Part shown: positions 27,598-37,353 of the stretch, piece after piece
How the letters are laid out: each line of letters starts with the position of its first letter
Position numbering within the stretch: position 1 is the first letter of the stretch
NCBI GenBank assembly: GCA_965263035.1
Contig: OZ253580.1
Coordinates: 5,472,001-5,536,000, forward strand
Length of the DNA: 64,000 bases
Source of the DNA: Acidobacteriota bacterium
GTDB lineage: Bacteria; Acidobacteriota; UBA6911; RPQK01; JAJDTT01
Direction: 5' to 3'
Made by a program: the position numbers and the translations under genes
Notes under the pieces: model-generated
Told to the model about the DNA's origin: nothing
Seen by the model: only the letters and a program-made list of their open reading frames with translations
The model's database searches: none

Positions 27598-30500
27598 TCA
27601 CCTCAGATAGATGAATTCCTTGGTGTTGAAGAGACTGTGGGCCACGTCCTTCCAGATCTTCTTGCTGGTCAGGATATGCTCTGGCGGGACCTGATACAAG
27701 CGTCCCAGCTTCCGGGTCAGCTCTCCAAACCGGGCTACCTCGCCGGGGCTCGGGGACCGAGAGAGCGCCCGGACGAACATTCGCCCCAAACGCTCCCGTA
27801 GCGTCTCCTCCTCCTGTTCCAGAAGCCGGTCGGCCCAGTAGTTCGCCTGTTGGATCACGAAGGGATCGTTGAGCATGGCCAGCGCCTGGGAGGGGACGTT
27901 GGTCACGTCCCGGCGTCCTCGGGAAACGGACGGGACGGGAAAATCGAAAAGCTCCAGAAAACGGGCACCCTCCATGCGGGTCACCCGCAGGTAGACACTC
28001 CGGCGCCCGTGGCCGTCCAACGGACCGGCGTGAAGCTTCCGGTATTCCTTGGTCTTCAGCCGATAAGGTTCGACGCTGGGACCGTAACGCAACGGATCGA
28101 GACGGCCCGAAGTGGCCAGGATCGAGTCGCGGATGGCCTCGGCCTCCAGGCGCCGGACCGGGTAGTGGTGCAGAAGCCGGTTCTCCGGGTCGATCCGGGA
28201 GGCTGCCTCGGACGTTCGACTCGCCTGCTGGAAGGCTTGAGTGAGAACCAGCCGCCGGACCAGCCGCTTCAGGGACCAGCCGTCGGCGATGAACCGCCGA
28301 GCCAGATGGTCCAGGAGCAGGCCGTTGGAGGGTCTCTCGCCGAAGTTGCCGAAGTCGTTGGTGGTGCCCACCAAACCTCGTCCGAAGAGGTAGCTCCAGA
28401 CCCGGTTGACCATGACCCGGGCGGTGAGGGGGTTTCGGGGGGAGGCAATGAGCTCCGCCAGTTCCCGCCGGCCGCTGCCGTTGGTTTCCAGGGGCCGGCC
28501 TCCGGTGAGCACGGTCAGGTAGCGGCGACGCACGGGATCACCCGGCTTTTTGGCGTCTCCGTTCTGCAGTAGCGAATAGTCACGTCCCAACCCCATGTCC
28601 AGCAACGAGTTGATGGTCTGGGGCCGGGAGAGACTGGATTCGATGGCTCTGTACTCGGAAATCAGCCGTGACAGCTTGGGCGTGAGGTCGGTGGAATTGT
28701 CCACCAAGTGGTTGGTGACGAGCCAGTGGACCCAGCGGACGTCGTCTTCGGTGGGCATTCCCTGGGACCAGGCCTGCAGGGACTGACGGCTTCGCTCGGC
28801 GTAGCGCCGGGCGGCTTCCTGAGGATTTTGGGGCGCCGGGTCCCGAAACAAGGGCAACAGATGGGTAAGGTCGTTGTGAGGAGGATCATCCACGTCGTGG
28901 AGCATCGCCCGCGCGATGCCGAAATAGGATCCGGGCGCCTCCATTTTCTCCTCGGTGAACCCCTTGATTCTCTTGGGCCTATCCGGGAGCCGTGGGTTGT
29001 TGGTCTTGGTGACCAGCTCGACGTAGACGGGAAATCGCTCCTTGTCCTGAAGAGTCGAAACCTTCTGCCAGTTGAGATCGGAGCTGTCGAAGACTTCGAT
29101 ACCCTCTCCCAGCATGCAGTTGTCCACGACCGCCCGGCGCCCTCCCAGCATTCCTCCCATGACCTGAAGGCTGAGAAACTTCCTTTCCTTGGTCAGGTAG
29201 GGGGAGCGGAGAGCCCCATTGAGCCGTTCCGAAAGGGCGTGGGTGTAGATTCCCGCGGGATAGACACCGTTGACCGCCACCGGCCCCTCCTGGGCCAACA
29301 TGAATTCTCCGTCCTCTGATCGGCCTTCGAGCAGTCCCACCCCCTCGGGGTACCAGTCGCTCAGAGGAAGTAAAGTGAAGTTCTCCTGGTTGTATGCTTG
29401 GCGGTCTCGGATCTCCTTCAAGTGCTCCGGCGCCGCTTGCTCCCAGAGTTCCTGGAATCGTTCCGGCGCCAGGCCCACCTCGCAGGTGACCGTCGACCAG
29501 GGATAGAGGAAGCTCTCGGGGTCGACGCTCTCCCTCTGGAGCGCCTGGATCCATCGTTCCAAGCGTTGGGGCTGGAGGTTCGGGCCGGCATCCACCGCCT
29601 TCGGATCGACCGGGGCCTGCGCGGCCAGGAGGTAGGACGGAATCTCTTCAACCTGTTCCAACCAGGCGGAGGCCAGCTCCGAGCGAATCTGCGGCTTGAG
29701 GGCCCGCAGCCGCTGCATCAAAGGAGACTGGGATCCACCCGTGTCCAGGGTGCCGGTGACCGGACGGGCACTGTTCAGGATCCCGTACAGGGCGTAGTAG
29801 TCCTCGATGGGAATAGGATCCAGCTTGTGATCGTGGCAGCGGGCGCAGGCGACGGAAAGCCCCTGGAAGGCCCGGGTGAGGGTGTCGATCTGGTCGTCCA
29901 CCACGTCGGTGCGAATTTCGCGGAACTCGATGCAGTCGTCGTGTCCCATCTCGCCCATGAGGAGAAAAGCGGAACCGGTGGCCGACTCGTTGATTCCCAG
30001 CGGGACGTTGACTCGGGGACTCTCGATCAGGTCGCCGGCGATATGTTCCCTGATCAGGTGATCGTAAGGGACGTCCTGGTTGAAGGCGCGGATCAGATAG
30101 TCGCGGTAGCGCCAAGCTCCCTTGACGATGTAGTTCCACTCGTAACCGTAGGTCTCGGCAAAGCGCACCACGTCCATCCAGTGCCGCGCCCAGTGTTCAC
30201 CGAAATAGGGAGAATCCAGGAGGCGGTCCACGAAGTTGGCGTAGGCCTGCTCGGACGGATCCCGGAGCAACTCATCCATGCTGGCCGGATTCGGCGGCAG
30301 TCCCACGAGTGAGAAACTGAGGCGCCGGGCCAGCGTGCGAATCTCGGCCCGTTCCGCGGGCTCAAGTCCCTCCTTGCGGAGCGCCGCCAGCAGGAATCGA
30401 TCGACCGGAGTCCGAGACCAACTCTCGTGATTCACCTGCGGCGGATCGGGCTCGGCAACCGGCTGGAAGGCCCAGTGCTCCCGGGTCAGACGGGCGTAGA

Positions 30501-30981
30501 AATCGGGCTCTTTCGTGACGTCCGGGCCCGAGGACCACGGAGCTCCCATCCGGACCCAGCTCTCCAGATGATCGATCTCGGCATCGGCCAGCATGCGCCC
30601 CAGGGGCATCTTCAGCTCCTGGTGCCGGACGGCCTGGATGATGAGGCTCTGTTCCGGGTCGCCGGGAACCAGGGCGGACCCTCGAAGGCCGCCCTTCAAG
30701 AGGGCCTCGCGGGAATCGACTCTGAGAGAAGAGAGTTGCTGCTGGGCGCCGTGGCAGGAGTAACAGTTTTCGACCAGCAGCGGGCGGACCTTCGTTTCGA
30801 AGAAATCCATGGCCTCGCGGTCGACTTTGGCGCCGGGCGGCGCCGAGAGGAGGAGGCCGCCACTGGAAAGGACCAGGAACGGCAGCAGAAGCAGACCAGC
30901 CAACAGGCTGAGCCTGACGTTCGGAGTCGCGATGGTACAGGGAATAAGCACGATCTCGTACCCGTGCCCACACGATAGCAT
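27598..30981 (-). CDS. PSD1 (DUF1553)/DUF1549/planctomycete cytochrome c domain protein
   Basis: CYSCH, CARCHDHK, GEHWARHWMD, NPLTARVMVNRVW, PSQALAMLN; start uncertain. Confidence 0.9.
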   Translation of the reverse strand: MLSCGHGYEIVLIPCTIATPNVRLSLLAGLLLLPFLVLSSGGLLLSAPPGAKVDREAMDFFETKVRPLLVENCYSCHGAQQQLSSLRVDSREALLKGGLRGSALVPGDPEQSLIIQAVRHQELKMPLGRMLADAEIDHLESWVRMGAPWSSGPDVTKEPDFYARLTREHWAFQPVAEPDPPQVNHESWSRTPVDRFLLAALRKEGLEPAERAEIRTLARRLSFSLVGLPPNPASMDELLRDPSEQAYANFVDRLLDSPYFGEHWARHWMDVVRFAETYGYEWNYIVKGAWRYRDYLIRAFNQDVPYDHLIREHIAGDLIESPRVNVPLGINESATGSAFLLMGEMGHDDCIEFREIRTDVVDDQIDTLTRAFQGLSVACARCHDHKLDPIPIEDYYALYGILNSARPVTGTLDTGGSQSPLMQRLRALKPQIRSELASAWLEQVEEIPSYLLAAQAPVDPKAVDAGPNLQPQRLERWIQALQRESVDPESFLYPWSTVTCEVGLAPERFQELWEQAAPEHLKEIRDRQAYNQENFTLLPLSDWYPEGVGLLEGRSEDGEFMLAQEGPVAVNGVYPAGIYTHALSERLNGALRSPYLTKERKFLSLQVMGGMLGGRRAVVDNCMLGEGIEVFDSSDLNWQKVSTLQDKERFPVYVELVTKTNNPRLPDRPKRIKGFTEEKMEAPGSYFGIARAMLHDVDDPPHNDLTHLLPLFRDPAPQNPQEAARRYAERSRQSLQAWSQGMPTEDDVRWVHWLVTNHLVDNSTDLTPKLSRLISEYRAIESSLSRPQTINSLLDMGLGRDYSLLQNGDAKKPGDPVRRRYLTVLTGGRPLETNGSGRRELAELIASPRNPLTARVMVNRVWSYLFGRGLVGTTNDFGNFGERPSNGLLLDHLARRFIADGWSLKRLVRRLVLTQAFQQASRTSEAASRIDPENRLLHHYPVRRLEAEAIRDSILATSGRLDPLRYGPSVEPYRLKTKEYRKLHAGPLDGHGRRSVYLRVTRMEGARFLELFDFPVPSVSRGRRDVTNVPSQALAMLNDPFVIQQANYWADRLLEQEEETLRERLGRMFVRALSRSPSPGEVARFGELTRKLGRLYQVPPEHILTSKKIWKDVAHSLFNTKEFIYLR

Positions 30982-31144
30982 ATCTTCCTGTCTTTGACGC
31001 ACTTTGCTGACGTCGTACCAGTCACTTGCACGGGATCTCGGCACCACTGAATTGCGCTGCCGACGACGTTGGGTTAGTGTCTCGATGCTGTCTAGTGGAA
31101 TCATTTGGGAAGGGATTTTGTCGCGGCCTTGCGGGGAGGGAATC

Positions 31145-32347
31145 ATGGATACCATCAAGGGCGGATGCTGCTCAGTGGTCGCACGCGTATTCTCTCTGAC
31201 GGTCCTTGCGGGGACCCTTTCCTGCGGCCCCCCTACGGATGGATCGAAGCAAACCATGGAGCCCGAAAAACTCTTCTCCCCCAACTTATCTTCTGCCGAC
31301 TTCGGGACCACTCCTGACGGCGAGAGCGTCCGAATCTACACTCTGACGAATTCTGCCGGCCTTGAAGTCCGGGTCATCACCTACGGCGGCATCATCGTCT
31401 CCCTCCGGACCCCCGACCGGGACGGCAATTTCGACGACATCGTCCTGGGATTCGACTCCCTGGAGGGCTATGTTTCCAAGCACCCCTTTTTCGGCACGCT
31501 GGTGGGACGCTACGCCAACCGCATTTCCAAGGGGCGTTTCACTCTGGACGGAGTCGAGTACGAATTGGCCCGAAACAATGGGGAGAACCACCTCCACGGC
31601 GGGATCAAGGGCTTCGACAAGGTCGTTTGGCGGGATCGACCGGTTGAGGACGAAAACGGAGTGGGAGTCCTCCTCGAGTACACGAGTGTGGACGGAGAAG
31701 AAGGTTACCCCGGCACGCTGAACGTTCAGGTGACCTACACCCTGTATGAGAGCAATGAACTGATCTGCGACTATCGAGCCACCACGGACCGGGCCACGCC
31801 GATCAACCTGACCCAGCATTCGTACTTCAACTTGGCGGGCCAGGGAACGGGGAACGTGCTGGGGCATCTCCTGGAGTTGAACGCCGCGTCATTCACTCCC
31901 ATCGATGCCCAACTTATCCCCACGGGTGAGATCCGGCCTGTCGATGGTACCCCCTTGGACTTCAGGACGGAGACGCCCATAGGAGCCCGAATCAATTCTT
32001 CCGAAGAGCAGATCCAACTGGGCGGCGGCTACGACCACAACTTCGTCCTGAACCAAACGGGTGAGGGCCCGTCACTGGCGGCAAGAGTTCGTGAGCCCAC
32101 CTCGGGACGCGTCATGGAGGTCTACACGACGGAGCCAGGAGTTCAGCTCTATACCGGCAACTTCCTCGACGGGACGCTGACCGGCAAGGGTGGACGCGTC
32201 TACCAGCAACGTTTCGGCTTCTGCCTGGAAACCCAGCACTATCCGGACTCACCCAATCGGCCCGAGTTCCCCTCGACGATCCTGAGGCCGGGTGAGACCT
32301 ACGAATCCCGGACCGTATTCAAATTCCCCGACGTCCCGGGAACCTGA
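31145..32347 (+). CDS. galM: Aldose 1-epimerase (galactose mutarotase), with lipoprotein-like leader
   Basis: GRYANRI, NHLHGG, NLTQHSYFNL, GYDHNF, CLETQHYPD. Confidence 0.92.
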   Translation: MDTIKGGCCSVVARVFSLTVLAGTLSCGPPTDGSKQTMEPEKLFSPNLSSADFGTTPDGESVRIYTLTNSAGLEVRVITYGGIIVSLRTPDRDGNFDDIVLGFDSLEGYVSKHPFFGTLVGRYANRISKGRFTLDGVEYELARNNGENHLHGGIKGFDKVVWRDRPVEDENGVGVLLEYTSVDGEEGYPGTLNVQVTYTLYESNELICDYRATTDRATPINLTQHSYFNLAGQGTGNVLGHLLELNAASFTPIDAQLIPTGEIRPVDGTPLDFRTETPIGARINSSEEQIQLGGGYDHNFVLNQTGEGPSLAARVREPTSGRVMEVYTTEPGVQLYTGNFLDGTLTGKGGRVYQQRFGFCLETQHYPDSPNRPEFPSTILRPGETYESRTVFKFPDVPGT

Positions 32348-32360
32348 TTCGTCGCCGGTC

Positions 32361-34037
32361 TTACCGGGCCTTCCGACCGCCGACCGAACCGCCGGTGGCG
32401 TCCGTCACAAGAAACTCAAACGAATAGAGGCTGGCCTCTTCGAGGTAAAAACGCAGCCGGATCGGCTTTCCGGCCAGGGAGGTGACGGCGGAGCGCCCAT
32501 TCCAGGTCACGGTCTGGCGGAGAGCGTCTTGCCGAAGGGGATCACAATCCTCCCGGGTGTAGCCGTGAACGGGGTCCCCCCCTTGGTCCAGAACCTCCAC
32601 CAAGAAACGACCGTCCTCGGCATCGGCGTTGACGACCAGTTCATCTCCGGTGAAGGTGAAGCTCCTGGTGGTCAGGCTTCCACCCGGCTTGCCCGCTTGG
32701 ACCGATACGAAGCCATCCAACCGCAGCTTCGCCAATCCGATGCCGTTGGGGAATCCGTCGACCCCGGGAGGACGGGTGTGATTGTGATCGACACCCACAG
32801 CAGAGTAGTAGATCCGGATTTCGTCGCCGTGGACAAAGGGGCCCTGCAAGGGATGGATGGCGCCCCAGTCGAAATCGCCGGGCTGAGTGGAAAGCGGAAT
32901 GAAGACGTTCCGGTTCCCAGCGCGGTCCCAAGTCCGTCCGTCCCGGCTGGAAGTCAACTGCACCGCGCCTCGGCAATAGTCGAGGTCGTAGCTGAAGACC
33001 GTGACGAGGCCGATGCGAAGGCCCTCATAGGTCATGACCTCCATGTTGTAGAACTGGTCCCGATTGAAAGGATCTTCCGCGTCCGGCCCCACGATGACCC
33101 GATAATCATTCCAGTGAACGAAATCGCGGCTCATGATCTGGCTGACCCGCCGGATGCTGTGGTTCTCGGGAGCGCGGTTCCTCTGCGGGTCCCAGTGCCG
33201 CCGCCAACCCGCCCGAGCCTCAGGGTCGCTCACCAAGCGCGGCCGCACCTGGGAGATCCTGCCGGTGCGATCCCGGATGATCCCGACGTAAAGGCCGAGG
33301 GCTTCGTCCCAGTAGGCGACCATCTGGCTGTCGTGGCCGGGAGGTTCGAAAAAGACGGCCTTGCCGTCGTTGTACGGAGTCCAGTCCAGGCCGTCCGCCG
33401 AATGGGAGGCGTAGATCTTGTAGTCTCCCCGCATGTGCAGCATCTTGAAACGCTGGGACGAATCCGCCTCGTGGATGTCCAGGAAGACGCCGCTGGCCAA
33501 GCCGCCGTGAGGCACGACGATGTTGTTTTCCGTCGTTCCCCGGTACTTGAATATTCCCAGCCTCGGCTTGTCCCACCGGATGCCGTCGCTGCTCTTGGCG
33601 AAGCAGAGGACCGCCTCTTCGTCCCCTCCGCTGCCGGCGTGCAGGCTGTACCAGAGCTTGAAGAGTCCGTCCGCTGGATCATGGAGAACGCTTGAAAAAG
33701 CGATGGGCATGCCCGCCTCCCACGCCTCCTCTCCTTCGGGAACTCTGGACAGGACCGGGTTGCCCTCGTACTTCCGCGGCTGGTTCAACCTCCGCTCCAC
33801 ACCTTCCGATTCGGAGATGAGGAAGTCGTCGACAAAGAGTTGCCGGTGGCTTTCCAGAGCGATCGGCGCCTCCTCGGATCGTGCCGAAACCGGAGCCGTA
33901 GCCCTCAGAACGGAGATTAAGGCCTCCGGGAGGTACGGCAACTCGATCCGGGCCAGGGGACCCGTTCCGCCCGTACCCAGGACCAACTCCGCGGTCATTT
34001 GAATCGTTACCAAGACGACTGTCCATGTTTTCGTCAT
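32361..34037 (-). CDS. Secreted GH32/GH43-like beta-propeller protein (paralog of 13924-15498)
   Basis: RQLFVDDFLI, SSDGIRWDKPRLG, LRLDGFVS, LYSFEF; AGGAG RBS. Confidence 0.7.
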   Translation of the reverse strand: MTKTWTVVLVTIQMTAELVLGTGGTGPLARIELPYLPEALISVLRATAPVSARSEEAPIALESHRQLFVDDFLISESEGVERRLNQPRKYEGNPVLSRVPEGEEAWEAGMPIAFSSVLHDPADGLFKLWYSLHAGSGGDEEAVLCFAKSSDGIRWDKPRLGIFKYRGTTENNIVVPHGGLASGVFLDIHEADSSQRFKMLHMRGDYKIYASHSADGLDWTPYNDGKAVFFEPPGHDSQMVAYWDEALGLYVGIIRDRTGRISQVRPRLVSDPEARAGWRRHWDPQRNRAPENHSIRRVSQIMSRDFVHWNDYRVIVGPDAEDPFNRDQFYNMEVMTYEGLRIGLVTVFSYDLDYCRGAVQLTSSRDGRTWDRAGNRNVFIPLSTQPGDFDWGAIHPLQGPFVHGDEIRIYYSAVGVDHNHTRPPGVDGFPNGIGLAKLRLDGFVSVQAGKPGGSLTTRSFTFTGDELVVNADAEDGRFLVEVLDQGGDPVHGYTREDCDPLRQDALRQTVTWNGRSAVTSLAGKPIRLRFYLEEASLYSFEFLVTDATGGSVGGRKAR

Positions 34038-34296
34038 CGCAGACTCCTGGTTGGACCGGGGAAGTGGCGGCAGTATATCAGCCGAATGACAGGAAATACG
34101 AAGCAAGCCACCTGGAGAGAGGACTCGAAGCCGAGGATAGGAGAACTCTTCGTCCGCTGCGACCGGATTTGTTGCCTGACTTCCCACACCGCCGTCCGCA
34201 ATCGACTGATCCTGCGCTCCCACTCCGCCGGCGTCCGCGATTTCGACGGTCAGACGAAGTTGGCTCGCCTTACGCGGCGGCAGTACTATTGACGGA

Positions 34297-37179
34297 ATGG
34301 AATTTTTTCAAGAGTTGTTCGGGACCTTTCTAATCGCCCTTGCGGCCTTTCTCCTGGCCGGGGTGATCCTGACTGTTGTTACCGCCGTTCTTGGGTGGTC
34401 GTTCTATCAAGCTCGGCGGCGGATAGATCACCTCGCCGCTCGCGCCAGCACCCTGGCGACGATGCTCGTTTCCAAGACACCCGCGTCGCAGGAGGGCGAG
34501 TCCGCTTGGGAACCCGGTCCTGCTGCCGGGTCGGAACGGACCGATTCACGGCGCTCCTTCCGCTTCCGTGACCACCCCGTCCTGACCATCGCTCTAGCTG
34601 TCGGTTTGTTCATGATCTTCTTCGGAGGGTTGCTGATCCCCTTTCTGCTTCTGGCCACCTTTCCCGTGGTTCCAGTCGTCCTTGGGGTGTTGCGGCATAG
34701 AGCTCAACGACGGATACGGGTACTGACCGCTCGAATCACCGCCTTGGAGGCAGAGCTGGCCGCCGGAACGCCCTCGTCCACACCGGCCGCCGTCGCAGTC
34801 CCGAGCTCGCCGGCAGCAGCGGCGGCGACGGAGCTGCCGGTGGAAGAAACGGAGGAGGTGGCCAAACCCGATCGGGAACCGGACCCTGCCAAGCCGGCGT
34901 GGTCCGATGCGCTGCACTCGTTCCTCTTCGGCGGCAACACCCTGACGCGGGTCGGCGTCATCCTTCTATTCTTCGGTTTCGCTTTCTTCCTGAGCTACGC
35001 GGCCGAACAGGGCTGGTTCTCGATCCAGCTCCGCCTGAGTGTCGCCGCGGCCGCCGGTGTTGCCCTGCTGACGCTTGGATGGCTCCTGCGGGACTTGCGC
35101 CGAGAGTATGCGCTTGCGCTGCAAGGCGGCGGCGCAGGCATCGCGTACCTCACTGCCTTTGCGGCCGTCAACTCTTACGATGTGATCGGCTCCGGGGCCG
35201 GGTTGTCTGCCATGATCCTGCTGGTCGCGGTCACCGGGGCTCTGGCGTTGAGGCAGGACGCGCCGAGTCTGGCTTTATTGTCCTCGCTGGGTGGATTCCT
35301 GGGCCCGGTCCTGGTCACCCGCGACGCCAGCCACGTGGCACTCTTCTCCTATTATGCCGTTCTCGACATCGGGATCGTGGCCGTGGCATGTTTCCGGGCC
35401 TGGCGCCTTCTGAGCCTGCTCGGGTTCGGGTTTACGTTCCTCGTCGGCGCTCTGTGGGGGGCCGTGTTCTATCAGCCTCAGCATTTCGCCACGACCCAAC
35501 CGTTCCTGGCTCTGTTCCTCGCACTCTTCGTCGCGGTTCCGGTACTGCATGCGTGGCGTCAACCGCCGCGGCTTGTCGGGTTCGTCGACGGCACCCTCGT
35601 CTTCGGAGTGCCGCTCGCGGCTTTCATCCTCCAGCATCGGCTCGCGAGCGGATTCGAATACGGTCCCGCGGTCAGTGCTCTCGCCTTTTGCGTCTTCTAC
35701 GCAGTCGTGGCCAGCCTGGTCAATGGCCGAGGTCGTGACTCGTTGAGGCCGCTGGTGGAATCGTTCGTCGCTCTCTCGGCAGTCTTTGGCACGCTTGCAA
35801 TCCCGCTCGCGGCGGACGAGCACTGGATCTCCGTTGGGTTGGCGATTGCGGGCGCGGCGATCGTCTGGATCAGCACCCGCCAGAATCGCCGCCTGCTCCT
35901 GCTTTCGGGAATCGGAATTCAGTTCCTGGCGGGCTGCATCGCTATCGGCGGGCATTCGTCGAGCGCTCTATCTGTACTGGACGTGGGACACCTGACGGTG
36001 GCCCTGTCCGGCCTCGTTTCGGCCTGGTTCCTGCGTCGACGCGAGGTGGTGGGCGTGGATTCGCGTCTGATCTCGGTGGTGGCGCTCATTTGGGGGTCGC
36101 TCTGGTGGTACGGAACCGGCGTCAACGAAATCTCGCGGCATCTGTCATCGCTCGACCAGGATTGCGCAATCCTCGCGTTTGTCGCCATCAGCGCCGCCGC
36201 GTTCGTCCTGCTGCGAACCCGGCTCGACTGGAAGGACTTGGCGTACCCGCCATTGCTTCTGCTCCCCGCGATGGTGCTTCTGACCATCGACTGGATCTCC
36301 ACGGCACCTCATCCGCTCGCCGGCTGGGGCGCCCTCGCCTGGCCGGCCGCGGTCCTGGTTCAGTATTGGTTGCTGTGGCGTTGCGAGACCGACTGGTCAA
36401 GAGCGACGCCCTGGGTCCACTGCGGCACGCTGTGGCTCGGCGTGTTTCTGGTTTGGCGGGAAGCCATGTGGCTCAGCGGGCAGATCGCCTCTGACGATCC
36501 AAGGTGGCCGTTCGTCATGTGGGCCCTCGTACCAGCTCTTTTTCTCTGGGCGCTCATGACGTTTCGGACTTTTCTTTCCTGGCCGATCGAGCGTTTTCGG
36601 CAGATCTATCTCGGCGTCGGGCAACTCCCCCTGGTGATCACCGTCTCGGCCTGGATGCTGGTTGCCAGCTTCCATCCGGGTGCTTCCCATCCGCAGAGCT
36701 ATATTCCGCTCCTGAATCCTGTCGAGTTCGTACAGTTGTTCTCCCTGGGTGTCCTGGTCCAGTGGTCGATGGCGGACGCCCGCATGAGGGTAAGCGCGAT
36801 CCGGTGGCCGACGCTCGGATTCATTTCGTTCGTGGCGCTGAACGGGGCTCTCGCCCGCACGGTCTGCCGCTTCCTCGAATTACCGTTCGAGGCCCAGGTG
36901 CTCCTTTCCTCCGGGCTGTTTCAGGTCATCTTGTCTGTCGTCTGGACGACCGCTGCCCTGGTCACCATGCTCGTTGCAACCCGGACGAGGCGCCGTCCCG
37001 CCTGGCAAGTCGGCACCGCCCTGCTGGTGGTGACCGTGATCAAGCTGCTCTTGTTCGACCTCGCCGATACCGGCACGCTGACGCGGATCGTATCTTTCAT
37101 AGTCGTGGGCGGTCTCATCCTCATCGTCGGCTATTTCTCACCGTTGCCGCCCAAAGACGCCGAATCGAAGAGAGACTGA
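34297..37179 (+). CDS. DUF2339 domain membrane protein
   Basis: FLFGGNTLTRVG, LQGGG, KLLLFDLA..RIVSF..VGYFSPLPP; many TM segments. Confidence 0.85.
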   Translation: MEFFQELFGTFLIALAAFLLAGVILTVVTAVLGWSFYQARRRIDHLAARASTLATMLVSKTPASQEGESAWEPGPAAGSERTDSRRSFRFRDHPVLTIALAVGLFMIFFGGLLIPFLLLATFPVVPVVLGVLRHRAQRRIRVLTARITALEAELAAGTPSSTPAAVAVPSSPAAAAATELPVEETEEVAKPDREPDPAKPAWSDALHSFLFGGNTLTRVGVILLFFGFAFFLSYAAEQGWFSIQLRLSVAAAAGVALLTLGWLLRDLRREYALALQGGGAGIAYLTAFAAVNSYDVIGSGAGLSAMILLVAVTGALALRQDAPSLALLSSLGGFLGPVLVTRDASHVALFSYYAVLDIGIVAVACFRAWRLLSLLGFGFTFLVGALWGAVFYQPQHFATTQPFLALFLALFVAVPVLHAWRQPPRLVGFVDGTLVFGVPLAAFILQHRLASGFEYGPAVSALAFCVFYAVVASLVNGRGRDSLRPLVESFVALSAVFGTLAIPLAADEHWISVGLAIAGAAIVWISTRQNRRLLLLSGIGIQFLAGCIAIGGHSSSALSVLDVGHLTVALSGLVSAWFLRRREVVGVDSRLISVVALIWGSLWWYGTGVNEISRHLSSLDQDCAILAFVAISAAAFVLLRTRLDWKDLAYPPLLLLPAMVLLTIDWISTAPHPLAGWGALAWPAAVLVQYWLLWRCETDWSRATPWVHCGTLWLGVFLVWREAMWLSGQIASDDPRWPFVMWALVPALFLWALMTFRTFLSWPIERFRQIYLGVGQLPLVITVSAWMLVASFHPGASHPQSYIPLLNPVEFVQLFSLGVLVQWSMADARMRVSAIRWPTLGFISFVALNGALARTVCRFLELPFEAQVLLSSGLFQVILSVVWTTAALVTMLVATRTRRRPAWQVGTALLVVTVIKLLLFDLADTGTLTRIVSFIVVGGLILIVGYFSPLPPKDAESKRD

Positions 37180-37353
37180 TGCACCGGAACGAACGGCGGC
37201 TTTCCCAACCAGACACGAATGCAACAATGAACGTGGCCGAGCCGAGTCCTCGCGGATCCCGCATGGGTCTGTCGAGGCTGAGCGGCCTGGGCCGGCTTTG
37301 TGTCAGACGTGGACACAACGACGTGCGTGAATGACCTTAACCGGGACAGGACC

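Noticed and set aside
30982-31311. Head-to-head overlap between the PSD1 ORF and galM ORF
   Set aside because: Artefact of taking the most upstream starts; plausible starts (30981 and 31145) do not overlap
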